DNA of 64,000 bases, from positions 108,624,001 through 108,688,000 of the forward strand of contig NC_042997.1 of NCBI RefSeq assembly GCF_006345805.1, in the 5' to 3' direction. The DNA comes from Octopus sinensis (taxonomy: Eukaryota). Positions 25,601 through 37,600 of this stretch are shown piece by piece. A program made the position numbers and the translations under genes. The notes below the pieces were generated by a model that searched no databases, had not been told where the DNA came from, and was given only the letters and a program-made list of their open reading frames with translations. Numbering within the stretch: position 1 is the stretch's first letter; each line of letters opens with the position of its first letter.

Positions 25601-28600
25601 TTAGACCATCTTTGAAATAGTTTAAAAAGTTATTTGTATTTTAATATCATCAACGTAAATGTTTAACCCTGCTGTTACCAACCTGGCTGAAACCGGTTCT
25701 GGCTCTGAGTACAAATATCTTTTTTTCATAAGTTTTGAATAAAAATCTTCCACCAAACCTTAGTCACAATTTGTGTTGCTAACACTAGCTGAATAATAAC
25801 TAAGTTATTTTAAAACTACATTCTTTGCTATATTTTAAAGTAATTGAAAGAAAAACAGAGCATCTCAACAAAAATATGGTAACGAAAGGGTTAAGGCATG
25901 CAATCCTAGTATTTGTTAGTTCACAGACAAAAAGCTCCATATTAGGACATAGCTGTCAGAAAAGAGAGAAAAAAAGAAAAAAACAAAACAGATAAATGAT
26001 ATGTTTCTTAATATTTTCTCTATAATAAAGCATGATGAACCAAGTAAATGAAACATTTTGTAGAAACTGAAAAATCAAGAAAGATAGGATTAAGATCCTC
26101 TTGATGAAAAAGATAAAACCAAGAGTAATGAGGTTGCTTATAAATTATTTTCAAAAAGAAATCAAGGAAAGGCGCTTACCAACTTTGATTTTTGTTTCTG
26201 TACAGAAGATTTGAAGGGAACAGTAGGGAATTCATTTTTCAGATATTTTAACCAAGCTTCGATATTTACACGTGGAACAAGATCTACAAGTAAAAGATTC
26301 ACACCAATTCCAGTTTAAACATGACTGTTTCGATACCAGCAGAGTTTCTACAAAATTCTATTGAACTCCACATAAAGTGATCACTGCAGCTAAGATTGGT
26401 GAGACATCATAAATGGTAGTACGGATGGTGAATTTGACAGGGCAAACAGGCCTTATACTTGAGTCAAATAGCCCAGGCAACCTAGCAAAAAATATAATCA
26501 GCTTTGCCACTGTTAGCAGGAGTAATAAATGTAAAAAATTTTGTTAATATGTAGGGCTGAGTTCAAATCTTGTTGAATCAGGGGACACCACAAAAATACT
26601 CATAAGTCCCTCAACCATTTTCGTTGATCCTCAAATCTGGGTTACAGTGCCTGGTCAAAGTGGAACTGATCATTCCATATTAAATTTATCAGGTACAACA
26701 GCCAGAGGATATTTGTTTCGTGATTATCTTAATGATAAAAGGGTGTTGGGGTTGTGTGATGCCAAACCAACAAAGATTCTTGTAGTGAAGAGAACAGGTG
26801 ATGTAGTGACCCCTGACATAGGAGGGTATCATTATGTCTAATTGACCAGTTCTCCTTAAATTCAAATATTTCTACAGCAGTCTCCAAAAACTTTCTAATG
26901 CGTGGTAGAATGAGTTTCCCTGTTTGTTTAGCACAATACAAAAAGTTCTTTTGACCAACAGAACTATTAAATTTTCCTCTTTGGACACAACAAAAAGACA
27001 AATAATTTCACTTGTTCGATACAAAACCAGCCGAGACCATCTCTGGTTGAAAACTCATCATCATAGCTTAATGTCCATGTTCCACAAAATCGTGGGTTGG
27101 AGAGTTTGACAGGATCTGACAAGCCAGTGAAGCTACTGAGGAAGGCGACTTTATGCCAGGAGTTGAAAGGCTTAAAGTGTGACAATGAGACAGGAACAGG
27201 TGTCTTATCGTAGAGGATTCACATAGCCACTTCAGTTGGAAATAGAGGAAAGAGATGGTGGTGATAGGGTGACAGGGTGAATCCTCAAAGTACAAATAGG
27301 TTATTTAAATTAACCCCTTCCATCATAATTATATTTAAGCATCTTGCAGTTATAATCCAAACATTAGCTTAAGTTATTTAACTATTCCTTCAAATTGTTA
27401 TTTTCCTAAATTAATTGAAACATATAGGAAGTGTTTGTCATTAGAAATATGATGAGCAATGAAGCAGCCCCACTTACCAATTTTGTTAAGAACTAAAACA
27501 ATCTTTTTGTTGAGACCAGAACTGATGACGGCTTCTTCAACTTCTTTACAGCGCGTACCAAGGGGGTCACGAGCATCTAAAACTTCCAGAATTACATCAG
27601 CCTGGTCAATCACCTTTTTAAAAAGAAATTTTAAAATGAAACAAATTTTCAGAAAAATATTTATTATGAAAATAAATTAAGCAAACATAATTATTCAGTG
27701 AAATGCCACATGATAACCTGTTTGTGTTTTGAGAATGTCACATCATAATTTAGAAATAGAACAGTAAATAGTTTTAAATTTCTTCTAACGGTGCTGGTGC
27801 CACATAAAAAGCACCCAGTACAACCTGTAAAGTGGTTGGCATTAGGAAGAGCATCCAACTGTAGAAACCATGCCAAAATAGTCTGTGGTACCTGGTACAG
27901 CTCCTGTCAAACTGTCCAACCGATGCCAGCATGGAAAATGGACATTAAATAATGACGAAAAGCAACATATTTCAAAATAGATACACCATCGAAAGGGTTA
28001 GCTAGGTTTAAATCTAAAAACTATCCATTCTTTATATTAATGTTGAGTTTGTTTAATGCAACAGGCTTGAATACTTTCTAGTGTTCAACTTCACAGACGT
28101 ATCACTCTGATAATAGTCAACAGAAAGGAGCAGACAACATTAAAAAGAAAGTACCTACATATTGTATATGGAACTGGTAGCTGTTGGTAAGTGGGGGGGG
28201 GGTCCACTTCCACTACACCCTCACTTTTATCACTCAGCCTCCTACCATCATACCCCCCACTTTCTCATTTTATTTCTCTTTTACCACCCCTTCCCTCCCA
28301 ATCATCCCAGTTCTCTATCACCTTCTCACTCCAACTCTCTTCCCACCACCCTCTTTATATTAAAAGAGCAACTGAATGGAGGCAAAAAGTAGGAGTGAAA
28401 TGAGATGATTTGCTGTAGCTGACTGGACATTCAGCCGGTTTGGGAGACAGCAGTATGCTTTGGAACGGGAGGCAAATACACACGTGCATGCACATGCTGA
28501 AACATACATAAATATATATATATTCCCATCTATATTCTGATCCTTGTCCCTTATGAGTTTGTCTGGTACTTTGCCACCTTCTCTATCCTGCTGTCTCCCA

Positions 28601-31600
28601 CTCTCCTTTTTCTGCACTTACCTCAGGTTGGGTAACCATGTATCTCTTTTGCAGCAGTACACCTCTCTGTCTTCACTCCTGTTTCCTCTCTCTCTCTCTC
28701 CCCATTCTTCCGGCCAGGTAACCATGTACCTCCTCTACACCGAGACACCTGTTTCTGTCTCACTCTAACCTTTCATCATTTAATACAAGATCACCTCCTC
28801 CTCCCCCAACGCCCCCTCCCCTCTCAAAAGATTCTTTGTCATGCAGGGGTTACTTGGTGACCCTTTCATTGCAGGTGCCACTTAAAAAAAGCACCCAGTC
28901 TACACTGTAAAGTGGTTGACGCAGGGCACCTAGCTGTAAAACCGTGTCAAAGCTGACCTCGTCTGTGCTTGTGCCACATAAAAAGCACTCAGGCCACTCT
29001 GCTGAGTGGTTTGTGTTAGGAAGGGCATCCAGCTGTAAAAATCCTGGCAAAACAGTCATGGAAGCCTGGTGCAGGCTTCTGCCCGGCCAGGTGCAGGAGT
29101 GGTTGTGTAGTAGTAAGTTTGCTTCCCAACTACATGACTCTGGGTTCAGTCCCACTGCATGGCACCTTTGGCAAATGTCTTCTACTATAGCCATGGGCTG
29201 ACCAAATCCTTGTGAGTGGATTTGGTAGATGGGAACTGAAAGAAGTATATGTGTGTGTGTGTGCCTGTCCCCTACCCCGCTGCTTGACAACCAGTGTTGG
29301 TGTGTTTATGCCCCTGTAACTTGGTTCAGCAAAAGAGAATGACAGAATAAGTACCAGACTTAAAAAATAAATATAGGGGGTTATTTGTCTCACTAAATGC
29401 TACAGGGTAGTACCCCCAGCATGGCCGCAATCTAATGACTGAAATAAATAAAGGAATAAAAGATTAAGAGAGGGAGAGATTAAGATGTCTGATGTCAAGT
29501 AAGTCAGCATCTAATCAGTGATGCTAAAACTGTTTCACAACTGAAGTGGGATCAGAGGAGAGAGTTTCTGGGGGACATGACATCTCTGAACCACAACAGA
29601 ATGTATTCAATGCATTCACTCTCATGAAATGATTGGTAATAAGAGAGGTATTGCAGCAGGGGAAACCATGCTAAAAATGGAAGATAGCACAAGAGACAAG
29701 GTCCCCACGAGCCCTGAAGGAAGGCAGCAATGCAGACTAAGAACTGACTTGTGCAGCCAAGGCTATCTCTTAGCTTTTACTTGTTTCAGTCATTAGACTG
29801 TGGCCATGCTGGTGCAATATCTTGAAGAATTTTAAGTGGAACGAGTTAACCCAAGCACTCTCTTTTTAAGCCTGGTACTTATTCTGTTGGCCTCTTTTGC
29901 CAAACTGCTTAGTTATGGGAATGTAAACAAACCAACACAAATAATTATAGATATAAATATACACAACAGAGGTTCTTTCAGTTTCCGTCAAGGCTTTGGT
30001 TAGTACGAGGCTATAGAAGACACTTCCCTAAGGTGCTATGCAGTGGGATTGAACCCAGGACGATGTGGCTGGGAAGCAGGTTTCTTACCACTCAGCCAGA
30101 CCTGCAAAGTGAATGTAAAATGATGAAGAGGCTGTTATGTAATGTTATGATGACCTTAGAATGGGAGTATTCAGGGAGGGACTAGTTCCCAGCAGGAAAG
30201 GAAGCTCTGGAAACCATTAATGAAAAGCTTTTCTCTTAATAGTCAGAGCCTTTCCTCTCTTTCTTCTCCTTCCCCATTCTGTTTCTGTCTGGCAAGTTCC
30301 ATGGCAACCTCACAAGTGCTGGTGCCATGTAAAAAGAACTCAGTACACCTCTATAAAAAGATAGTGGTGGTGGTGGTTGGTATGAAAAAGCAGCCAGTTC
30401 ATATTGTATAGTGGTTGGCATTAGGAAGGGCATCAAGCAGTAGAAACCATGCCAAAGCTGACATTTTAGCTTGAATCAGCCCTACTGCTTGCCAGTTCCC
30501 CAGTCAAACCATCAAATCCATGCCAGCATGGAAGGTGAATGTTAAATGATGACGACCACATGATGATTAAAGACTTACCTTCTTGAATTCTTTATAGTAA
30601 CATTTCAAAGAATTCTCAACAGTTGTTTTTGGTTCTTTATATTCACGCTCTTTTAAAATTCTGTAGACTTCAGACAGACCTTGTGGCTGAAAATAGTAAA
30701 GAAGATGTATGCAGTGTTAAGGAATTCACAAACAACAAGAAATCTTCAGTCAAACCTGGCAAGTTACAATACAGCAGGAATCGCTTTGGCTTCATATGTG
30801 TCTGTTAATCAGGGAGGAACTTCTGGAAGCACCAAGTCTTGCAGAAAGCAATTCCTGTTTGAAATGCAATGTCACAAGTAGATTCTTACAACAAACAATT
30901 CCATGAACAGGACCCTACAAGATTACATAATCAATAGTAGTAGTAGTACGGGGGGGGGGATGTGCTGTAACAATGCATCACTGCATCCGCCATCTGTTGG
31001 TGATTCCCTGCAACTTGAGGATTGATGATGCCTCTGCACCACTCAGGCGACAACCCTCCAAGCCATGGGTCTGATTTTGTGTAGACATTGTAGTTAAGAC
31101 ACGTAAAAAGCACCGTCTGTCATGGCAGATGCCAGCGCCGCCTAAATGGTGTCCATGTCGGTGACACGTAAAAGCACCAACCGATCGCGGCCGTTTGCCA
31201 GCCCCCACTGGCACCTGTGCCAGTGGCATGTAAAAAGCACCCACGACACTCACGGAATGGTTGGCATTAGGAAGGGCATCCAGCTGTAGAAACACTGCCA
31301 GATCAGACTGGAGCCTGGTGCAGCCTCCTGGCTTCCCAGACCCCAGTCGAACCGTCCAACTCGTGCTAGCATGGAAAGCAGACGTTAAATGATGATGATG
31401 ATGACATACAAGGACGGTTTTATAAAGAAGTTAGGAAAGAAAACGAATTGCATTTGTGTAATTCTCAACTTAACTTTTATTTCATTTAATGAAAGAAATG
31501 AATGCTCTAACCAGACATAAAATTTACGTAAATATTCAACTCACTCTGTAAACTTCTTCTTGTGGATCCGGCTTGACTTTGGCAGAAATTTCCGGAATTT

Positions 31601-34600
31601 TTCTTGCTTTATTTACAAGTTCTTCTCGTTCCGCCTGTCTTTTCTCTTCTTTGGCAACTCGCATCTGGTAAATAGTCACAACAAATGGTCAAATAATGCT
31701 GACAACTTCTTCACAAAGAATATACGTCATCACATCAAATCACAACATCTCCATGAGAGAACCACAGAGTGGTCATTTGATTTGCTGGAAAGAACAGCAA
31801 CCAAATCTCTTTCAAATCACACCCTAACATCTTGAAAAATGAAGCACATGTAAGTTAATGTGGTCCTAGATATACAGAAAGGTGGGACAGTCATTGCTTG
31901 GGCACAACTGATTGTAGGTTTCCTTGGTCAGTAAAGGTCAGGAAGCTAAACACTGCAATTCATGTGGCTTGAATAATCTGTCCATCAGATGCAACCCAGA
32001 GTTAAATAACAATATTTGCAACATGTAGCAGAGATCTTGATTGCAAAAACAGAAATTCTAGAAAATGCAAAAAACGAACTGTTGTAACATTTTCCTTGTT
32101 TTTAATGTCCACTTTTCCAGGTTAGCATGGGTCAGACAGATCTTCCGTGGCCAGATACCCTTCCTGTCACTAACCCTCACCCGTCTTCCAAGTAAGGGTC
32201 AATATTTTGCCCATGCACGCTGGACATGTCCTTAGAAAAAACTGGGAACAAAATACACCACTTGTATGGTGGTGACACTTATTTACAACAATCGTGTGAC
32301 ATCAAGATTGGAAATATAAACCCACAAACATGCATACATATAACTATGATGAGCTAGCTTCTTTCAGTTTCCGTTTACTAAATCTACTCACAAAGCTTTG
32401 GTTGACCTGGGGCTATAACAGAAGACACTTGTTCTAAGGTGCCCCGCAGTGGGACTAAACCTGAAATCACATGGTTAGCAAACAAGCTTCTTAACTACAC
32501 AGCCATATTATTTATAAATTTATGGTAAGAAGCTTGCTTCCCAAACACATGGTTCTGGGTTCAGTCCCACTGCGTGGCACCTTGGGTAGCTTCAGACCAA
32601 CCAAAGCCTTGAAGGTGGATTTGGTAGATGAAAACTGTAAGAAGCCCATCACATATATATATATTTGTGTGTCTGTGTTTGCCCCCCTCCCCACATCACT
32701 TGACAACCGATGTTGGTGTGTTTATGTCCCCAAAACATAGAGGTTCGGCATAAGAGACCGATAGAATAAGTACTACGCTTACAATGAATAAGCCCTGGGG
32801 TCGATTTGTTTAACTGAAGGCGGTGCTCCAGCATGGCTGCAGTCAAGTGACTGAAACAAGTAAAAGAACATATGTATGCCTGTATATTCTGCATGCTTTT
32901 AGAAGGATAACCAATAAGGAGTTCCTGCATTCTAGAAAGTCTTCAACTGCCCAACTTCACAATATTATTGCAGCTTTATGCTCCATAATAAATCAGATTT
33001 CTGTCAAACCAACAACTGAGTCTTTACGTGGTTGCTTGATTTACTAGAAATAGCAGCTAAATCTTGCATAAATCATATCCTACCAGTTCTAAATATATAA
33101 TACTTGAAAAGGAGGAGATGACCCAAAGTGGAATGTCGGTTGTATGGTTAAACAAACAATATGTTAGACTTGCACCAAGTATTTGTGGATGTTTTCCTAC
33201 TGTTGTAAAACAACAACTCCAGTATTTGTCATGACTTTGGGCAGATGAAAATAATGGTTTTTGAGGGAAGAGGTAGAGCTGGATTAGATTTACCATGGTG
33301 TAATTTGAACTCACACCCTTAAGGGATATAATAGTTTATTCTGTGAATAGTTTTAACACACCACCCTTTAAGGGCACAATGAAGTCATCATTTTTTTAAA
33401 GGACATGTAACGATTTCATTTCTAACATAGTCAGAAATAGGAAGAAGAGGGCCACTAATTTAGGGAAAGAGTAAAGATTTTAATTTCATTTTATGGACCC
33501 TGAAAAGATAAACAGTAAAGTAAAGCTCAACAAGACTTGAACCGGGACCTTAATTAACTGGAATAAATAGTGCAAGGCACTTTGTTTGACACTCTAACCA
33601 TTCAGCCAAGCTTATAAAATGATATATGAAATATTGGTGTTAAAGAAGTAAATATTTGTAATAAATGAAAAGACTTATGACCTTTTGAATGCAAGCTGTC
33701 AGCTGTGATGGCTAAAACAAGGTCAAGAACATAGAGTCAAATACAAACAAGGTAAGGATAAAGAGAATTCAATTCTGTGGGAAACAAAACAATGGAACCA
33801 GTTTTGGTAACATTAGTTTCCAATTGATTATGGTTGTCTCTTGTAATTTCTTTCTATAAGAATGGTTAGTTGTTGCTAAGCAATTTTATGGACATGTGTC
33901 TTTAAAATCTGAGACTGATGCACTATTAAAAAAGTCAGCTTTGGACAAAATTACAATTGTGAGTGTAGATTACTGACAAAATTAATCAAATGTACCTGTT
34001 CCCTCCATTCCACAGCTTGTTTCAGAACTGCTTCTTTGAAAGGCAGACTGTTTGGAATTCCTATATCTTTCTTTTTCTCTGAAATATAAGAGAAATATAC
34101 ATTTTGACAATTTTAACAATATGGGGCCAGGTTATCATCATCATCATTTAACGTCCACCTTCCATGCTGACATGGGTAGGATGGTTGACAGGAGCCGGCC
34201 AAGTAGAAGACCACACCAGGCTCCTGTGTCTGTTTTGTTTATATAATTTCCCAGTAAGACCCACCTAAAATGCCAATGCCTGGAACCTTCTTCTTAGACC
34301 CTCTTAACTATTTCTCTTTTAATTTCATTACATTTTCCAAAAAGTGTTGTTGTTGTTTGCAGCTAAGAATTGGAACTAAGCACTCTTCTGTGTTTAGCCT
34401 CATTCTAGAGAGAAACTTCTCTTTTGCACAAAGTCTATTTACTGTTCGTGTTTTATCGCCAGATTTTTTCTTCCTTCGATTTTCAACTTTAATAGAATTT
34501 AATACCTCGGAAATTGGGAACCAACACTACACCTGATATCCCCACTCCATACGCATACACACATGTATATCATGACTCATATACTGTTCACTTTCCAGAC

Positions 34601-37600
34601 TTTTGTACATAGTTCTATGTACTGTACATGCACCTTTGATGAGTTGTAGTGCACCTGAGCACTATACACAATAATTTCATTATTATTATTATTAATTTAG
34701 TAATGAATTAAAGAGACTAATTAGTTTTATTTCACTACCTTGAGAGGCAAAATAGCTCCCTGGACAGAATGCTCGCTAGAAACAACAGTGTTTTTGTTCC
34801 AATGGTTTCATGTGAGGAGTTGAAATGACAACTTTCAACCACCTCGCCCTCCACAATGGGCTTCGATACAGTCTCCAACTATTAAATCCATAAGATGTTG
34901 GTCAAACCGAGACAGTAATAGACAATGTTCTAAGTGTTGCACAAAGGAACTGAACCCAAGACCAAGTGGTTGCAAAATAAACTCGATAACCACATAATGG
35001 CAGGATTGTTAGAATGGCTGACTGGGCACCACTATTAAAATGTGGTGTTTTATCCTCTTTATATGGTTTCTGTATGGAATATCATCAACATCATCATCGT
35101 TTAGCGTCCACTTTCCATGCTAGCATGGGTTGGACGGTTCAACTGGGGTCTGGGAAGCCAGAAGGCTGCACCAGGCCCAGTCTGATCTGGCAATGTTTCT
35201 ATGGCTGGATGCCCTTCCTGACACCAACCACTCCGTGAGTGTAGTGGGTGCTTTTTACGTGCCATATGAGGCTGGCAAACGACCACAATTGGATGGTGCT
35301 TTTTACGTGCCACCGGCACGGGGGCCAGGCGAGGCTGAATAAATATATTTTATTCTATTTCTTGAGTAAAAATCTATATTGATAAACCTGTCACTTATAA
35401 CTTAATTATAAGTATTATCACTAGACATAAATCTCAACTCAAGCTACACAAACACCATAGTGAAATATATATATATGTCAAGGCGCTTGAAAGGACATGT
35501 TGAATGTGCATGTATGTTGAAGATAAGTTTGCGTTCTATTTCACTGCTATAAAAAACATTTTCATAATTGCAGAAGTAAATTTCATTAACAGGTTGGAAA
35601 GAAGTGAAGAAAGAGAAAATATTTACTACATTAGTTTATTTATGTACATTTAATATTTACAGTACATTTAGAAGTGAGGCAATTTGTCATAGAGAGTTAC
35701 TACATAAATTTATTACTACCTAATTTAATTTCCCAAAAATCAGGGTTTTTATAACTGCTCATACCTGAATTCTAAGAACCGTATTTTGTGAAAGAATTCT
35801 CTTTGACGAAAGTTTAGAATTCAAATATGGGCAGTAATTTTAACCAATGAGAAACTAACAATTATACTTGTTCAGGCAACATGACCATTACGTCATATTT
35901 CCGCCTTTAACGACTTGCTTGCTACAACCACATAGTTGTGTGCCTGTATCCAGAATATACACACAGATTTTCGTGTGTCTAAGAACGGCCGTTTTCATTT
36001 TGTATCTTCACATGTCACCACCACCTGAGCATAATCAAACAGTGATGACATGATTTTCCTTGTAGACAACACATCCTGTTGTTCTACACTTTCAAAAACA
36101 CAGGTAAAAACAAAACAAGTGTTGGTGACAGGAAGGGTGCCCTGCTACAAGATTCTGCTTCAAGTCTTTGTCCAACTCACTCTGGCAGGGGGAAAAAAAT
36201 AAACAAAATAGAAAAGAATCAACAATGCTCCCCTTCACCACAGCCTTCCTCACTTTTGTTCTTCATGGCAGAAGAAAGTTGATTTTACCCGATTATCTGC
36301 AAGGAATCACTTCCCAAACCTGCCTAATCACTAAGCCACATACAAAGTGGTTACTCGTGTTGTAAACTAACAATCTCATTAATTAATGTCCCATACGAAG
36401 TTATTAATTAATTAGTATGTCCCACTTTTCACACATATTAAAAGAATTATCAACTGAGAAACATCATCATCATCATCGTTTAACGTCCGCTTTCCATGCT
36501 AGCATGGGTTGGACGTTAAACAAGAAATAATAAATGAAAACAATTGGCAAATATTAATTAGTTCCATTAATTGAATGAAACTTACTTTTGTGTGTTACTG
36601 GATTCTTTTTGGCTTCTTTCTTTATCTTTCGTCTGTGTTCTTTAGCCTTAAAAAAAAACAAATAACAAAAACTAATCACAAGAAATTTACACAAAAGATA
36701 CATTTTAATATATATATTATCCTCATTGTTGCTGTTTAACGTCCGCTTTCTCTGCTGGCATGGGTTGGACGGTTTGACTGAAGGCTGGCAAGCCAGAAGG
36801 CTGTACCAAGCTCCAGTCTGATCTGGTGAAGTTTCTATAACTGGATACCCTTCCTAACACCAACCACTCCAAGAGTGTAGTGGGTGCTAGTTACAATGGT
36901 CAGCTAAACACTATCAGAAGCTGACTGGATAATGATAATCTATGTAGAGCTTTGACTCATTCAGGAGTTGTCATACATCTAACTGCACACATCATCATTG
37001 TTTAACATCTGCTTTCCATGCTGGCATGGGTTGGACGGTTTGACTGAGGGCTGCACCAGGCTCCAATCTGATCTGGCAAGGTTTCTACAGCTGGATGCCT
37101 TTCCTAATGCCAACCACTCTGAGAGTGTAGTGGGTACTTTTTACTTGTCACTGGCACAAGGGCCAGTCAGGCAACACTGGCATCAACCATGCTCAAATGG
37201 TGCTTTTCACACAAAAGCGAAAAGTTGCACAATGTTAATTATTAAATTAGCAATCTGTACAGGTCTCTCTCCTCTGTTTACGAACAGAGTGTTATACGAG
37301 GAGGGTGGGGAACATCCTGGGTTGTTACTGCTCTTAACAATGACTTTCACAAAAGCCTAGTTTCCATTCTTAAGCCAGTGACAAGTAAAAAGTACCCACT
37401 ACACTCTCACTCTGTATAAAGAATGGAATAAATACAATTTTGTTAGAATTATTGTCAAAGATTTAAGAACTATGAAGAATTATTTTTGTTAAATACACAG
37501 CAAAGCCACTACTCTTGTATAAACCAGGGATTCTGTGGTTGACCTACTAGAAATAGCAGTTGAATCTCCTTTAAATTACACTTACAGTCTTAAAACAGTA

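Noticed and set aside
26300-27050. Non-repetitive-looking tract with short ORFs in GNL3 intron 7
   Set aside because: No recognisable domain in any frame; possibly a very old TE, but unsupported.
8597-37360. Recurrent ORFs containing [11 protein letters not shown]
   Set aside because: Antisense reading of the RTE 3' UTR repeat, not a protein family.
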